NCBI GenBank assembly: GCA_045863235.1
Contig: BTUM01000009.1
Span: forward strand, 1 to 64,000
Direction: 5' to 3'
DNA length: 64,000 nt
Origin: Candidatus Xenobia bacterium
Lineage (GTDB): Bacteria > Vulcanimicrobiota > Xenobia > Xenobiales > QWHO01
Position 1 is the first letter of the stretch. Each line of letters starts with the position of its first letter. The position numbers were made by a program, and so were the translations under genes. The notes beneath the pieces were generated by a model, which worked only from the letters and a program-made list of their open reading frames with translations, made no database searches and was not told where the DNA came from. Positions 46,710 through 55,383 of this stretch are shown here, piece by piece.

Positions 46710-49700
46710 TTAGCGTTTGCGAACCCGCACTCCGCCCACCAGCACCGCTTCGCTCTCCTCGCGCAGACGGGGGCCGAGCGACTCCAGCAATCGATCCATG
46801 GCCGCCTCAGGGGCCGAATCGAGCACCACCTCGGGCAGGCGCTCGACCAGTGCCAGCGCCCGCTCCGGCTCCTGATTCTCGAAGAACGAGCTGAGCGCGC
46901 GCAGAGCCGGAGCGGCCAGCGGGGCCGGCACGCGGCTCAAGATCTGTAGCGCTCTCGAGCGCTCGGCGAGCTGCAACTCGGGGGTGCAGGCCAGCTCGAG
47001 CAGGCCGTCGACCGAGCGCTGGCCCAGCTCGTCCAGGCAGTAGGACTCCCCCCCGGCGTCGGTCATCTTGAGGTCCCAGAAGTCCAGTCCCGGATACTCC
47101 GAGCTCGAATCAGTGCGCAGCAGGAAACGCAGGCGCACCGTCTGCCCGCCGTAGGCTGATAGATCCACCTCCTGGCGACCCGAGCCGTTTCCGGTGTAGA
47201 GCGCCTTCTCTTCCCAATCCTTCTTGCCCTCGGGCAGCACCTGCAGATGCACCCGGTCAGGTCCCTTCTCGAACTGGTAGCGAGCCTCGAACGAGAGTTT
47301 TGCTCCCGGCGGAATCCAGGTAGGAGGTGATTCCAGGGCGGCATTCTGGTTCGACCTGTAGTTGCCCGCCGGGCTGTCGCTCCAGCCCCGCAGGGTGCGT
47401 CCCCAGTCGCCGGACGGCTTCCAGCCGGCCTGGCCGAGGCCATCGCGAAGCTTGCCCAGGGCTTCCGTTCCGGCCTTGTCCAGGCTGGCCTCGCGCAGCG
47501 CCTCCAACAGCCGCTCGGGCTCCACCCCCAGAGACCGAAACCGGGCACACTCGCTGCGCAGGTCGACCTCAGCCTGCAGCGCCTCCAGAGGCATTGAACC
47601 GATCTCTTCCCAGGCCTGCAGCGACCTGCTCACACCGCTGATGGCTACCAGGCGCTCCAGCTCCTTGTGCCGCTCGGGCTCATCGGTCAGGGTCGTGATG
47701 GCCAGAGCGGCGCACAGGCCGTGCGCCTTGACAAGCTCGGTCAGAGGCTCGAGAGGACGGTCCATGCGCGATATCAGCTCGTCGCGCAGGGGGGCGAGAT
47801 CCTCGGGCCTGTCGCTGAAGAAGATCTGCCCTGTGGAATCCTCCACCCTCAGGTTGCGCAGCTTGAATCCCTGTCCCTCACTGCTCGAGTCGGAGGTCAT
47901 CCGCCAGCGAAGCTCCACGCGTCCCTCGCCCAGGTCGCTCAAGTCGAGGTCGTCTGTTCCCTGGGGAACCTGACCGGTGTAGTGCTGCAGCGGCTGCCAC
48001 TTGCCCCCTTCGGGACGCACCTCCAGCCGCACGAAGTCGCTGTTCTTCTCCAGGTCGCACTGGTAGTCGAACCTCACTCGCGCCCCCTGCTGGCCGGCCA
48101 GCGAGATCACCGGGCTGGTGAGGCTGTTGTTGGCGTTAGAGCGATAACGCCCAATGCGGTTGTCGGCCCACACGCCTGGCTCGCTGCGCACCCACCCCTC
48201 GGTCTGCCACGGGTGCAGCGACTCGAGCAGACCTTCCGGGAAGCTGGTGCCGCGCAAGGCACGGCTGTCGGCCAGGCAGCGATCGAGCAACTCGGGCTGC
48301 TGCAGGCGGTTGGCGATCTGGGTGGCGAGCTGGAAGGCCTGCACCGAGTCGCTCTGAACCTCGGGGAAGAGGGCGGCGGTGGCCTCCACGCCCACGGCCA
48401 CGGCTGCCTGGCTCAAAGACTCGGCGGGAGCCTGCAGCCGGAAAAGCCGCAGGGCCTGGTCGGGCCTGAGGTCCTGGCTGAGGCGATCGACCCGCTCCAG
48501 CCCCTCCAGGTCGCGCTGGCGGGCCAGCTCGAGGATCTGGTCCAGAGTGGCTCGCTGGCTCCGGGCCTGGTCGCTGAAGACCAGTTCGGGGGGCGCCTCG
48601 GGTTGAAGGGTCGGACGGGCCTCGACCCGGAAATCGGCCAGCTCGAGCCCCTCGCCGTTATTGGAGCTGTCCGTCTTGAGGCGAAAACGCAGCTGCAGCA
48701 TGCCCTGACCGAAGGGAGCCAGGGACAGCTTGTGCTCGGCCCAATCGCTCTGGCCCGTGAAGGCTGCAATGCCCTCCCACTGCTGGCCGTCGCGCGAGGC
48801 TTCGAGCAAGACGTTGTCGGCATTGCGCTCGAGATCGTGGCGAGCGCGGAAGCTAACCGTGGGAGCGCTGTGATGGCGCAAGTCCAGCACCGAAGTGGTG
48901 AGGGATGCGTTCTGACCGTGGCGATAGAGTCCCGGGCTATCGGCCCAGGCGCCATCTCCAATCGAGTGCCAGCCGCCTTCCTTGCTCCAGGTCGGGCAGG
49001 TGCGCTGCACCAGCCGGGCCACGTGCTCCTGGCTCTCGGGGGGGAGCTGGGCCAGCTCGCGATAGACGGCCATGACGGAAGACAGGTCGTCGGGGGTGGG
49101 GGTCAGCCTGCCGGCTGCCTGGAAGCTGGCCACCATCCGGTCTACCTCGCCAGGGAAGGGGGCCAGGGCGGCGGCCGCCTGGTTGCCCAGGCGCTCGGCC
49201 AGGTGGGCCACGCGTTCAACGCTCTCGGGGGGAATTGGACCCAGGCGCAGGGCCTCGGCCACCGAGCCGGTGCCCGCCACCAGCTGTTGCAGGGGCTCGA
49301 TGGGCAAGCCGCCGGCCACCAGTCTGGCCACTTCCGCAGCCAGGGCCGCCCGCTCCTGGGAGCGATCCTGCTGAAACAGCGAGCGGGGGGCAGCCTCGAA
49401 GCGGGGGCGTCCCTCGAGCGAGATATGGCTCAGACTGACCCCTTCCTGGGTCACCGAGCTATCCGAGCTGAGGCGGAAGCGCACATGCACGGGAGCGCCC
49501 TGGTAGGCAACCAGCGAAACCTGGTGCTCGGTCCAGTTGGACTTGTCGGTGATCTGCCTGAGGGCTTCCCAGCTCTTGCCGTCGGCCGAGGCCTCGACCA
49601 CCAGCCAGTCCCGGCCCTTCTCCAGCTGGGTCTGGCAGCGAAAAGAGAGCGTGCACTCGCTGGCGTGGCGAAGGTCGACGACCGGCAGGCTGAGCGAGCT

Positions 49701-50789
49701 CTGCTGGTTGTCCTTGTAAGGTGCGCCGGGGCTGTCGTCCCAGACTCCATCTTTTTCAGCCCAGGTGTGCTGAGCAACGATTCGCGGCACGGCGGCGTCC
49801 AGCCACTTGCGCAGGGCGTCCTGAGCGGCCGGCTCCTGGCGGGCCAGGCGGGCGGCCGCGGCCGGGTGCTCCAACCGCCCCAGCCAGTCGAGGTAGGCCG
49901 GGTGAGTCGCCAGGGGAAGCGCGTCCAGCTCCCTGGCGGCCGCATCGAGCAGCTCGGGCCGGAGCACGACCGGAGCCACCTGCTCGCGCGCCTGGCAAAG
50001 ACGCTTCTCTTTCATGGCCTTGCAGACCGCTTCGGGGTCCTGGCCGACCTGCCAGCTGCCCAGCTCGCGCTCGTGCCAGCTCAGGGGCACCTCGGAGGCG
50101 CGGGCACGGTAGAGCTCCAGGGCGTCGCTGCGGTAGCCTTCCTCCTGCAGCATCCGCAGGCCGCGGGCCAGCTCGGGCTGCTCCAGCGCCTCGGGGCCCA
50201 CCTGACCCAGCAGATAGGCGAGCATGGCGACGTCCTGGCCGCTCTCGAGCGACCTGCCGGCTGAGGTCACGCTGACCCCGGAGGTCAGCCTCAGGTAAGC
50301 CCCCCAGGAGCCCACGGGCTGCCCTTCGTGCTCGAAGACCTGGCCCGAGCGCTCGAGCTGCTCGAGCTGCCGTGCCAGCTCGGGGCTGGGCAGGCGGCTC
50401 ACCTCGCCGGCGTGGAAGGCGGTCAGCACGGCCAGGTCGTCGGGTCCGCGCAGGGGCAGCCAGGCGCCTTCGGGCGCTCGCACCCTGAGATCATCGGGGT
50501 CCTTGTTGAGCAGTGCCTGACCGGCCTGCAGGGGGGTGGAGGGCGTCCAGCCCAGCGAGCCTACCAGGCGCTTGCGCTGGAACTCGAACCCACGGCTCTT
50601 GAGCCCTTCCAGGGCGGCCACCGCTCCGGCCAGTCCACCCAGCGCCCCTTCGCTGGCGCTGGCGCCTGGCAGACCGGGACGCCTGCCGCTCAGCTCGACC
50701 TGGTCGGTCGGGCCGGCAGCCGCTCGCGGCACGATGCCGGACGCGGGCATGAAGGAGGCTCTGAGTGGCTCCACTCGCATGGAGGCCAT
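46710..50789 (-). CDS. Large protein with four InhA/MAM-like beta-sandwich repeats separated by helical spacers; no Sec signal
   Basis: Four copies of W.DSPG..Y..N.N.SL..P..DL...F.....LE...D...LE....G..W......TG......L....G..V.LRFRL..DSS...G at about 49406-49763, 48615-48988, 47835-48209 and 47055-47423; start may be ATG 50780. Confidence 0.8.
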   Translation of the reverse strand: MASMRVEPLRASFMPASGIVPRAAAGPTDQVELSGRRPGLPGASASEGALGGLAGAVAALEGLKSRGFEFQRKRLVGSLGWTPSTPLQAGQALLNKDPDDLRVRAPEGAWLPLRGPDDLAVLTAFHAGEVSRLPSPELARQLEQLERSGQVFEHEGQPVGSWGAYLRLTSGVSVTSAGRSLESGQDVAMLAYLLGQVGPEALEQPELARGLRMLQEEGYRSDALELYRARASEVPLSWHERELGSWQVGQDPEAVCKAMKEKRLCQAREQVAPVVLRPELLDAAARELDALPLATHPAYLDWLGRLEHPAAAARLARQEPAAQDALRKWLDAAVPRIVAQHTWAEKDGVWDDSPGAPYKDNQQSSLSLPVVDLRHASECTLSFRCQTQLEKGRDWLVVEASADGKSWEALRQITDKSNWTEHQVSLVAYQGAPVHVRFRLSSDSSVTQEGVSLSHISLEGRPRFEAAPRSLFQQDRSQERAALAAEVARLVAGGLPIEPLQQLVAGTGSVAEALRLGPIPPESVERVAHLAERLGNQAAAALAPFPGEVDRMVASFQAAGRLTPTPDDLSSVMAVYRELAQLPPESQEHVARLVQRTCPTWSKEGGWHSIGDGAWADSPGLYRHGQNASLTTSVLDLRHHSAPTVSFRARHDLERNADNVLLEASRDGQQWEGIAAFTGQSDWAEHKLSLAPFGQGMLQLRFRLKTDSSNNGEGLELADFRVEARPTLQPEAPPELVFSDQARSQRATLDQILELARQRDLEGLERVDRLSQDLRPDQALRLFRLQAPAESLSQAAVAVGVEATAALFPEVQSDSVQAFQLATQIANRLQQPELLDRCLADSRALRGTSFPEGLLESLHPWQTEGWVRSEPGVWADNRIGRYRSNANNSLTSPVISLAGQQGARVRFDYQCDLEKNSDFVRLEVRPEGGKWQPLQHYTGQVPQGTDDLDLSDLGEGRVELRWRMTSDSSSEGQGFKLRNLRVEDSTGQIFFSDRPEDLAPLRDELISRMDRPLEPLTELVKAHGLCAALAITTLTDEPERHKELERLVAISGVSRSLQAWEEIGSMPLEALQAEVDLRSECARFRSLGVEPERLLEALREASLDKAGTEALGKLRDGLGQAGWKPSGDWGRTLRGWSDSPAGNYRSNQNAALESPPTWIPPGAKLSFEARYQFEKGPDRVHLQVLPEGKKDWEEKALYTGNGSGRQEVDLSAYGGQTVRLRFLLRTDSSSEYPGLDFWDLKMTDAGGESYCLDELGQRSVDGLLELACTPELQLAERSRALQILSRVPAPLAAPALRALSSFFENQEPERALALVERLPEVVLDSAPEAAMDRLLESLGPRLREESEAVLVGGVRVRKR

Positions 50790-50823
50790 GATGCCCGGGA
50801 GGGCTCAAAGAAGCGTGAAAAGG

Positions 50824-51558
50824 TCAGGCCGGGTCGTCGGGAGACCAGCCCAGCTCGCGGAGCTTGCGTTCGAGCTCCTCTCGCTTGCGCTGCTCGGCTT
50901 CGGCCCGCTCACGCTCGGAGTCGGCCCGCTCACGCTCGCGCAGCGAACGCTCCAGGCCGGTTTCTAGCAACTGCCCTTCGCGATTCGTCCAGCGCAGCCA
51001 CAGCTCTTCAAGTCCATCGAACTCACCCTTCCAGATGGCCAGGCCCAGCCCGATCTCCGGAAAGAAGCGGTCCACCTTGTCCACGTAGCTGGCCCCAGTG
51101 AGCTGGTAGATGCGCAGCTCGCGCTGGCCCAGCAGATGGTCGGGATCGTAGATCACATAGTAGGGAACTCGCATGAAAGCATAGCGCTCGAGCTTGTGCG
51201 TATCCTCCCCGCCGGACCGGTTGGACACGATTTCGATGACCACGTCGGGCGGCTTGCCGAAGACCCAAACGAAGTAGCTGCGCTTGTTCTTCTCGCGAAA
51301 ATTCGGGGGAGCCTCGACGCCGGTGCTGAGCAGCACGTCGGGAACGATGGCCTCCTTGACCTCGTTGAAGATGCCCACGTCGGTGGCGCACAGGAAGGGC
51401 CGGCCCTCCTCCCAGGAAACCCGCAGAGTCTCGCTCAAGAGGTCCTGCTGCTTGTCCTGAAAGAAGTTGTCCACGGGTGTGTCGTCCTCCGTGACCAGGT
51501 GAGAGACGTCTGGCTCCGGGATCTCGTAAAGAGGCGTGACGGGCTCGCTCATGAGCAA
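50824..51558 (-). CDS. Uma2 (DUF820) family endonuclease-like protein
   Basis: TEDDTPVDN, IVPDVLL, SYFVWVFGKPPDVVIEIVS, VPYYVIYDP, WLRW, ERERA tail. Confidence 0.92.
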   Translation of the reverse strand: MLMSEPVTPLYEIPEPDVSHLVTEDDTPVDNFFQDKQQDLLSETLRVSWEEGRPFLCATDVGIFNEVKEAIVPDVLLSTGVEAPPNFREKNKRSYFVWVFGKPPDVVIEIVSNRSGGEDTHKLERYAFMRVPYYVIYDPDHLLGQRELRIYQLTGASYVDKVDRFFPEIGLGLAIWKGEFDGLEELWLRWTNREGQLLETGLERSLRERERADSERERAEAEQRKREELERKLRELGWSPDDPA

Positions 51559-51650
51559 GCATTTCTCCTCCGTTGGGAGAAATTCCCGGTCAAGGAATTC
51601 TCAAGGCCCGTCCCAGGTCGATTCAAGCCGTCCAGGCTAGACTTGCGACG

Positions 51651-51764
51651 ATGAGTATTGCAGCCGTTGCCCACCCCCGCACCGAGCGGTCGCAAGGAGA
51701 GGGTCCCATCCCTCAGGCCAGCAAGGCGGTTCCTTCATCGCGCAAGGAGCGAACAGCTCGATGA
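51651..51764 (+). other. 37-aa ORF or paralog relic that duplicates the N-terminus of the next gene
   Basis: MSIAAVAHPRT versus MNIAAVASTSA; TAGACT 7 nt before its ATG; ATGA overlap with 51761. Confidence 0.45.
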
Positions 51765-52276
51765 ACATTGCAGCGGTCGCCTCCACCTCCGCCCCCACCC
51801 GGCCGCCCCAGGCCGTGGCCGACCAGCTCGAGAGCCTCGATCTCACTCTGCGCCACAGCATCGAGCGTTACGAAGGCTCGATTCCCGAGCTGGAGACGAC
51901 GGCCAGCCAGGGCCGCCAGCGGGCTGGCCTCTGGCTGGGCGGAGCCGGATTTGCGCTGGCTCTGGGGGCGGCCGGTGGCCCGCTGGGGATGCTGGCCTCG
52001 GGCCTGGTGGTGGTGCCGGCCGCGGCCTTCGGGCTGCTCTCACTGGCCCGCTCCTCGGCGGCCCGCGAGCGGCTCGAGATCGCCCGTGAGGCAAGCCAGA
52101 CCTTCTCCGAGCTGCACGCCCAGGTGGGCAAGCTGCGCCAGGAGGCCGACGAGGTGGTGCGCCGCCACCAGGTGGAGTCTCTGGCGCAGGCCTTCGAGCA
52201 GCAGCAGAAAGCCGTCGAGGAAAGAGAAAGTCACATTCGGATCGGAGGCGTACGCCTCAAACGGAGGGAGCCATGA
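51761..52276 (+). CDS. Hypothetical protein: Gly-rich hydrophobic hairpin, coiled coil and C-terminal IGGVRLKRR motif
   Basis: AAGGAG SD; hydrophobic GLWLGGAGFALALGAAGGPLGMLASGLVVVPAAAFGLLSL. Confidence 0.8.
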   Translation: MNIAAVASTSAPTRPPQAVADQLESLDLTLRHSIERYEGSIPELETTASQGRQRAGLWLGGAGFALALGAAGGPLGMLASGLVVVPAAAFGLLSLARSSAARERLEIAREASQTFSELHAQVGKLRQEADEVVRRHQVESLAQAFEQQQKAVEERESHIRIGGVRLKRREP

Positions 52277-53301
52277 TCAACTCGATTACACCCCGTGTCG
52301 TCGTTCTGGGCGGCGGCTACGCCGGCGTGGAGCTGGTGGAATCGCTGGAAGACGCCCCGGTGGACGTGGTGCTGGTGGACCAGAAGCCCGAGCACACCAA
52401 GAAGACCAAGCTCTGGAAGATGGCCGTGGGCCGTGAGTCGGACGCCGTCGAGCCGCTCTCCAAGGTGGCCCGCAAGGCGGGCGCTGAGCTGCGCCTGGGC
52501 CAGGTTCAGGCCATTGACACCGAGTCGCGCCAGGTGAAGCTGGAAGGCGGCCCTACCCTGAGCTACGACTACCTGGTGGTGGCTCTGGGCTCGCGTCCCG
52601 CCACCCCGGAAGGGGCCGAGCACGTGCTCACGATCGACCAGCCCGAGGACGCCCAGCGCATTCGCGAGACCGTCCGCGCTCGGGCGCTGGAGGCCATGCA
52701 GACCGGCCAGAACCTGCCCATCGTGGTGGTGGGCGGCGGCGCCACCGGCATCGAGCTAGCCGGGGTGGCCCACGAGGTGGTTCGCCAGGTCAGCCCCCAG
52801 CTACTGGAGCGGCTGGAGCTGACCCTGGTGCACTCGCAGAGCCGCATCCTGAACGGTCAGAGCGACGAGCTCGCGGCCCGAACCACGGCTGCCCTGGCCG
52901 ACCTGGGCGTGCGCCTGCAACTCGGGCAGCGCGTGGCCGCCGTGCGCGAGGGCCAGGTCGAGCTGGCCTCGGGCCAGATCCTGCCCTCGGTCTGCACCCT
53001 CTGGGCCACCGGTACCCGCGCTCCCGAGCTTCTGGCCAGCCTGGGCCCCACCGACCGTGCGGGCCGCCTGGAGGTCAGCAAGCACCTCAACCTGCCCGAG
53101 CACCCCGAGGTCTTCATCATCGGCGACGCCGCCCTGGCGCGCTGCGCCGGCCAGAGCGTGCCGCCCAACAAGCGCGCCGCCAAGCAAGAAGCAGAGCAGA
53201 CCGCCCAGAACCTGCGCAACGCGGTGGCCGGCAAACCACTGGAGCCGTTCTCCTACCGCGACAACAAGGACTGGCACCACATCGGGCCGGTGGAGCTGTG
53301 A
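52273..53301 (+). CDS. FAD/NAD(P)-dependent oxidoreductase (NDH-2/AIFM2-like)
   Basis: VVVLGGGYAG, YDYLVVALGS, VVGGGATGIELAG, LWATG, VFIIGD. Confidence 0.9.
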   Translation: MINSITPRVVVLGGGYAGVELVESLEDAPVDVVLVDQKPEHTKKTKLWKMAVGRESDAVEPLSKVARKAGAELRLGQVQAIDTESRQVKLEGGPTLSYDYLVVALGSRPATPEGAEHVLTIDQPEDAQRIRETVRARALEAMQTGQNLPIVVVGGGATGIELAGVAHEVVRQVSPQLLERLELTLVHSQSRILNGQSDELAARTTAALADLGVRLQLGQRVAAVREGQVELASGQILPSVCTLWATGTRAPELLASLGPTDRAGRLEVSKHLNLPEHPEVFIIGDAALARCAGQSVPPNKRAAKQEAEQTAQNLRNAVAGKPLEPFSYRDNKDWHHIGPVEL

Positions 53302-53716
53302 AACGCAAGAATCGTCGCTCTGACCCGAAGAACTTACATGGGGTCTTCGATGGCGCCCTGACGGGGTTTGTGGGGCGGCTGGTGGCTGAAATGATCACCG
53401 TTGGATCACCGTTTCCGGGATCGCGTGGTTGACCATTCTAGATTATCGAGCCTTGGCTTGAGCGCCAAGAGAACGGGCCCCCTCTAGCAAGCGAGTTGCC
53501 GGCCAGGGAGGCGCGTACGGGCTCTTGGCCAACTGCGCCAGAGAAACTTTGCGAAACCTGCTGCGCTCTGCGCCTCGGGGAGGCACTCGGCCATGAACTC
53601 ACGTGATAGCTCCGGATGGCCAGTGTAGAGCAGGTCGAGAAGCGTACGATCCCCTAACGCTCGGCGGTCTCCCTCGTAGCTCATACCAGCACCGTATTCA
53701 AGAGTGTCTCCTTCGG

Positions 53717-54310
53717 CTACGGTTGGTTCTGAATGTACTTTAATCCGTGCTCAAAGCTATGGATCAGCTTGCAACCAAGCGCCTGTAACTGCGTCTCCAC
53801 GTTTGGAACCCCGAAGTCCTTGCTGTTCCGGTTGATGTGACAGCTCTGTGCAACCTTATTGTTTTGCAGATCTGTCAGGATACTGGCCAGCACAATGGCG
53901 TCGCCCGGGGAGAGGTAACTCTCGTGGATCCTGGCGTCCTGCAGAGTTCCCAATTCCAGCGGTAAGATGCGCGCCGCTTTGAGCAGCCGATCCCTACTTT
54001 GATCAAACTGAGTTTCCGCGTCCTGGATACTCCTGGTTAGCAAGTCGACAGAATGGTCGAGTGCCCGAAGACCCTCCGAGTATGAATCATTCCTGGCGAG
54101 TTCGGACCGCTGGCGCCTCAGATCCAGTTGTAGGTCTTGCCGCTTGATCTTTAGCCGAACCAAGGTGTTGAAGGGCTCGACCAGAGAAAAAGCTGGAATG
54201 GCCAGTTCTATCGATCGACCCGGGAGTGCCAGAATGTCTTGGCAGGCCTGAGACTGTTCCTGCCCGAGCACAAGTTCCAGCACAAAATTCGTCTCGCAGT
54301 AAACTCTCAC
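53717..54310 (-). CDS. PIN-domain protein (DUF4935-like)
   Basis: VYCETNFVLE, FSLVEP, LSPGDAIVLAS, NRNSKDF; GTGA overlap with the upstream gene. Confidence 0.8.
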   Translation of the reverse strand: MRVYCETNFVLELVLGQEQSQACQDILALPGRSIELAIPAFSLVEPFNTLVRLKIKRQDLQLDLRRQRSELARNDSYSEGLRALDHSVDLLTRSIQDAETQFDQSRDRLLKAARILPLELGTLQDARIHESYLSPGDAIVLASILTDLQNNKVAQSCHINRNSKDFGVPNVETQLQALGCKLIHSFEHGLKYIQNQP

Positions 54311-54753
54311 CGAGATTGGAGAACGCTTCCGCCATGAATGGCCGAAGGAAGTCCCGACTCATGCAATTCGCCTTGTTCCGTGGGCGAGTCGACTAAGTCC
54401 TGAAGCCATTGGCCCACGATGAGCTCATAGGCAAGGGGGTGCACTTCCGAGGGCTTAATTTGCGCGCGCTCGAAGTAGGGAGCAAGAATTGGACTAGCAT
54501 TCACCACAAAGTCCGGCTCGGTCGAACGACTCTCTGGCCTCCAGATGAAAAACTGTTCGGGAGTTGCGAGTAAGAAGTAAGAGCCCTTTACGGCCCACCC
54601 AGACTTCAGCAAATTGTCTCGAAAGCGGCTGGCCCAGGCCGAAGAGGCTCCCTTCAAGCTCTTCGCTTCCACAATCAGAGCCTGGTTTCCCAAGGCATCC
54701 AGGAGGAAAAAATCAAACTTATCGTCTCTGTCGGATCGCATCTTACTTTGCAT
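54307..54753 (-). CDS. Hypothetical protein with PD-(D/E)XK-like motif
   Basis: FDFFLLDALGNQALIVEAK; YFLLATPEQFFIW. Confidence 0.7.
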   Translation of the reverse strand: MQSKMRSDRDDKFDFFLLDALGNQALIVEAKSLKGASSAWASRFRDNLLKSGWAVKGSYFLLATPEQFFIWRPESRSTEPDFVVNASPILAPYFERAQIKPSEVHPLAYELIVGQWLQDLVDSPTEQGELHESGLPSAIHGGSVLQSR

Positions 54754-54969
54754 TCTACACCCGGACGCTCGTAGAGGGAAGGATTCGGGTGCTTGGCAGC
54801 AATGCTCGGTTTGGCCACAATGTTCCGTTCAGCGCAGTGCATCCCGGCACGCCGACGCGGACGAACGTCGCTCCCACGCAGAGAACCTACGCGGGAACCG
54901 CAGAATTCGGCTCAGTTCTGGTTCCGGGCACTGAGAGGAGGTCACGTTGATCACCGTTTGATCACCTAA

Positions 54970-55344
54970 CCTACTGATTGGGTAACGTATGATACGACCA
55001 CCAAATTCGAGCCTGACATGTTCGTCGCGCGGGTGGAGGGGGACTCTATGGAGCCACTCATCCCCAATGGCGCCTACTGCCTCTTCCGTTATATTCGAGA
55101 CATGCCTCGGGAAGGCAGGCCCGCTCTCGTCTGGCACGACGGGCTCAGCGATCCTCACACAGGCGGAAAGTATACCCTCAAGTATTTCACGGTTGAACCC
55201 CCAGTTGCGTGGCGCAAGCCTGGTCGGGTCGTGTTGAAGCCTGCAAACAAGAATTACGAGCCGATTATTCTTCCATTGGAGGGAGAAGGAGTATTCCGTG
55301 TAATTGCAGAGTTTCTGGAAGTCCTGAAGGGCGCAGGCACCTAA
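54970..55344 (+). pseudogene. 5'-truncated S24 (LexA-like) peptidase domain
   Basis: WV...PDMFVARVEGDSMEPLIPNGAYCLFR...GGKYTLK...LKPANKNYEPI; the frame begins right after TAA 54967 and has no HTH. Confidence 0.7.
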
Positions 55345-55383
55345 TTAGGCGCACTGGTGACTTAACCATATCAATCCGCGACA

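Noticed and set aside
50876..50945. ERERA repeats at the end of the Uma2 gene
   Set aside because: A common coiled-coil tail of this family, not novel.
53323..53430. tRNA/tmRNA 3' end as the island attachment site
   Set aside because: No T-arm (GGTTCGAATCC) or CCA end is recognisable in either repeat copy.
53484..53684. 66-aa ORF (TLLDLLYTGHPELSREF)
   Set aside because: Possibly a gene fragment, but there is no SD or motif I can support.
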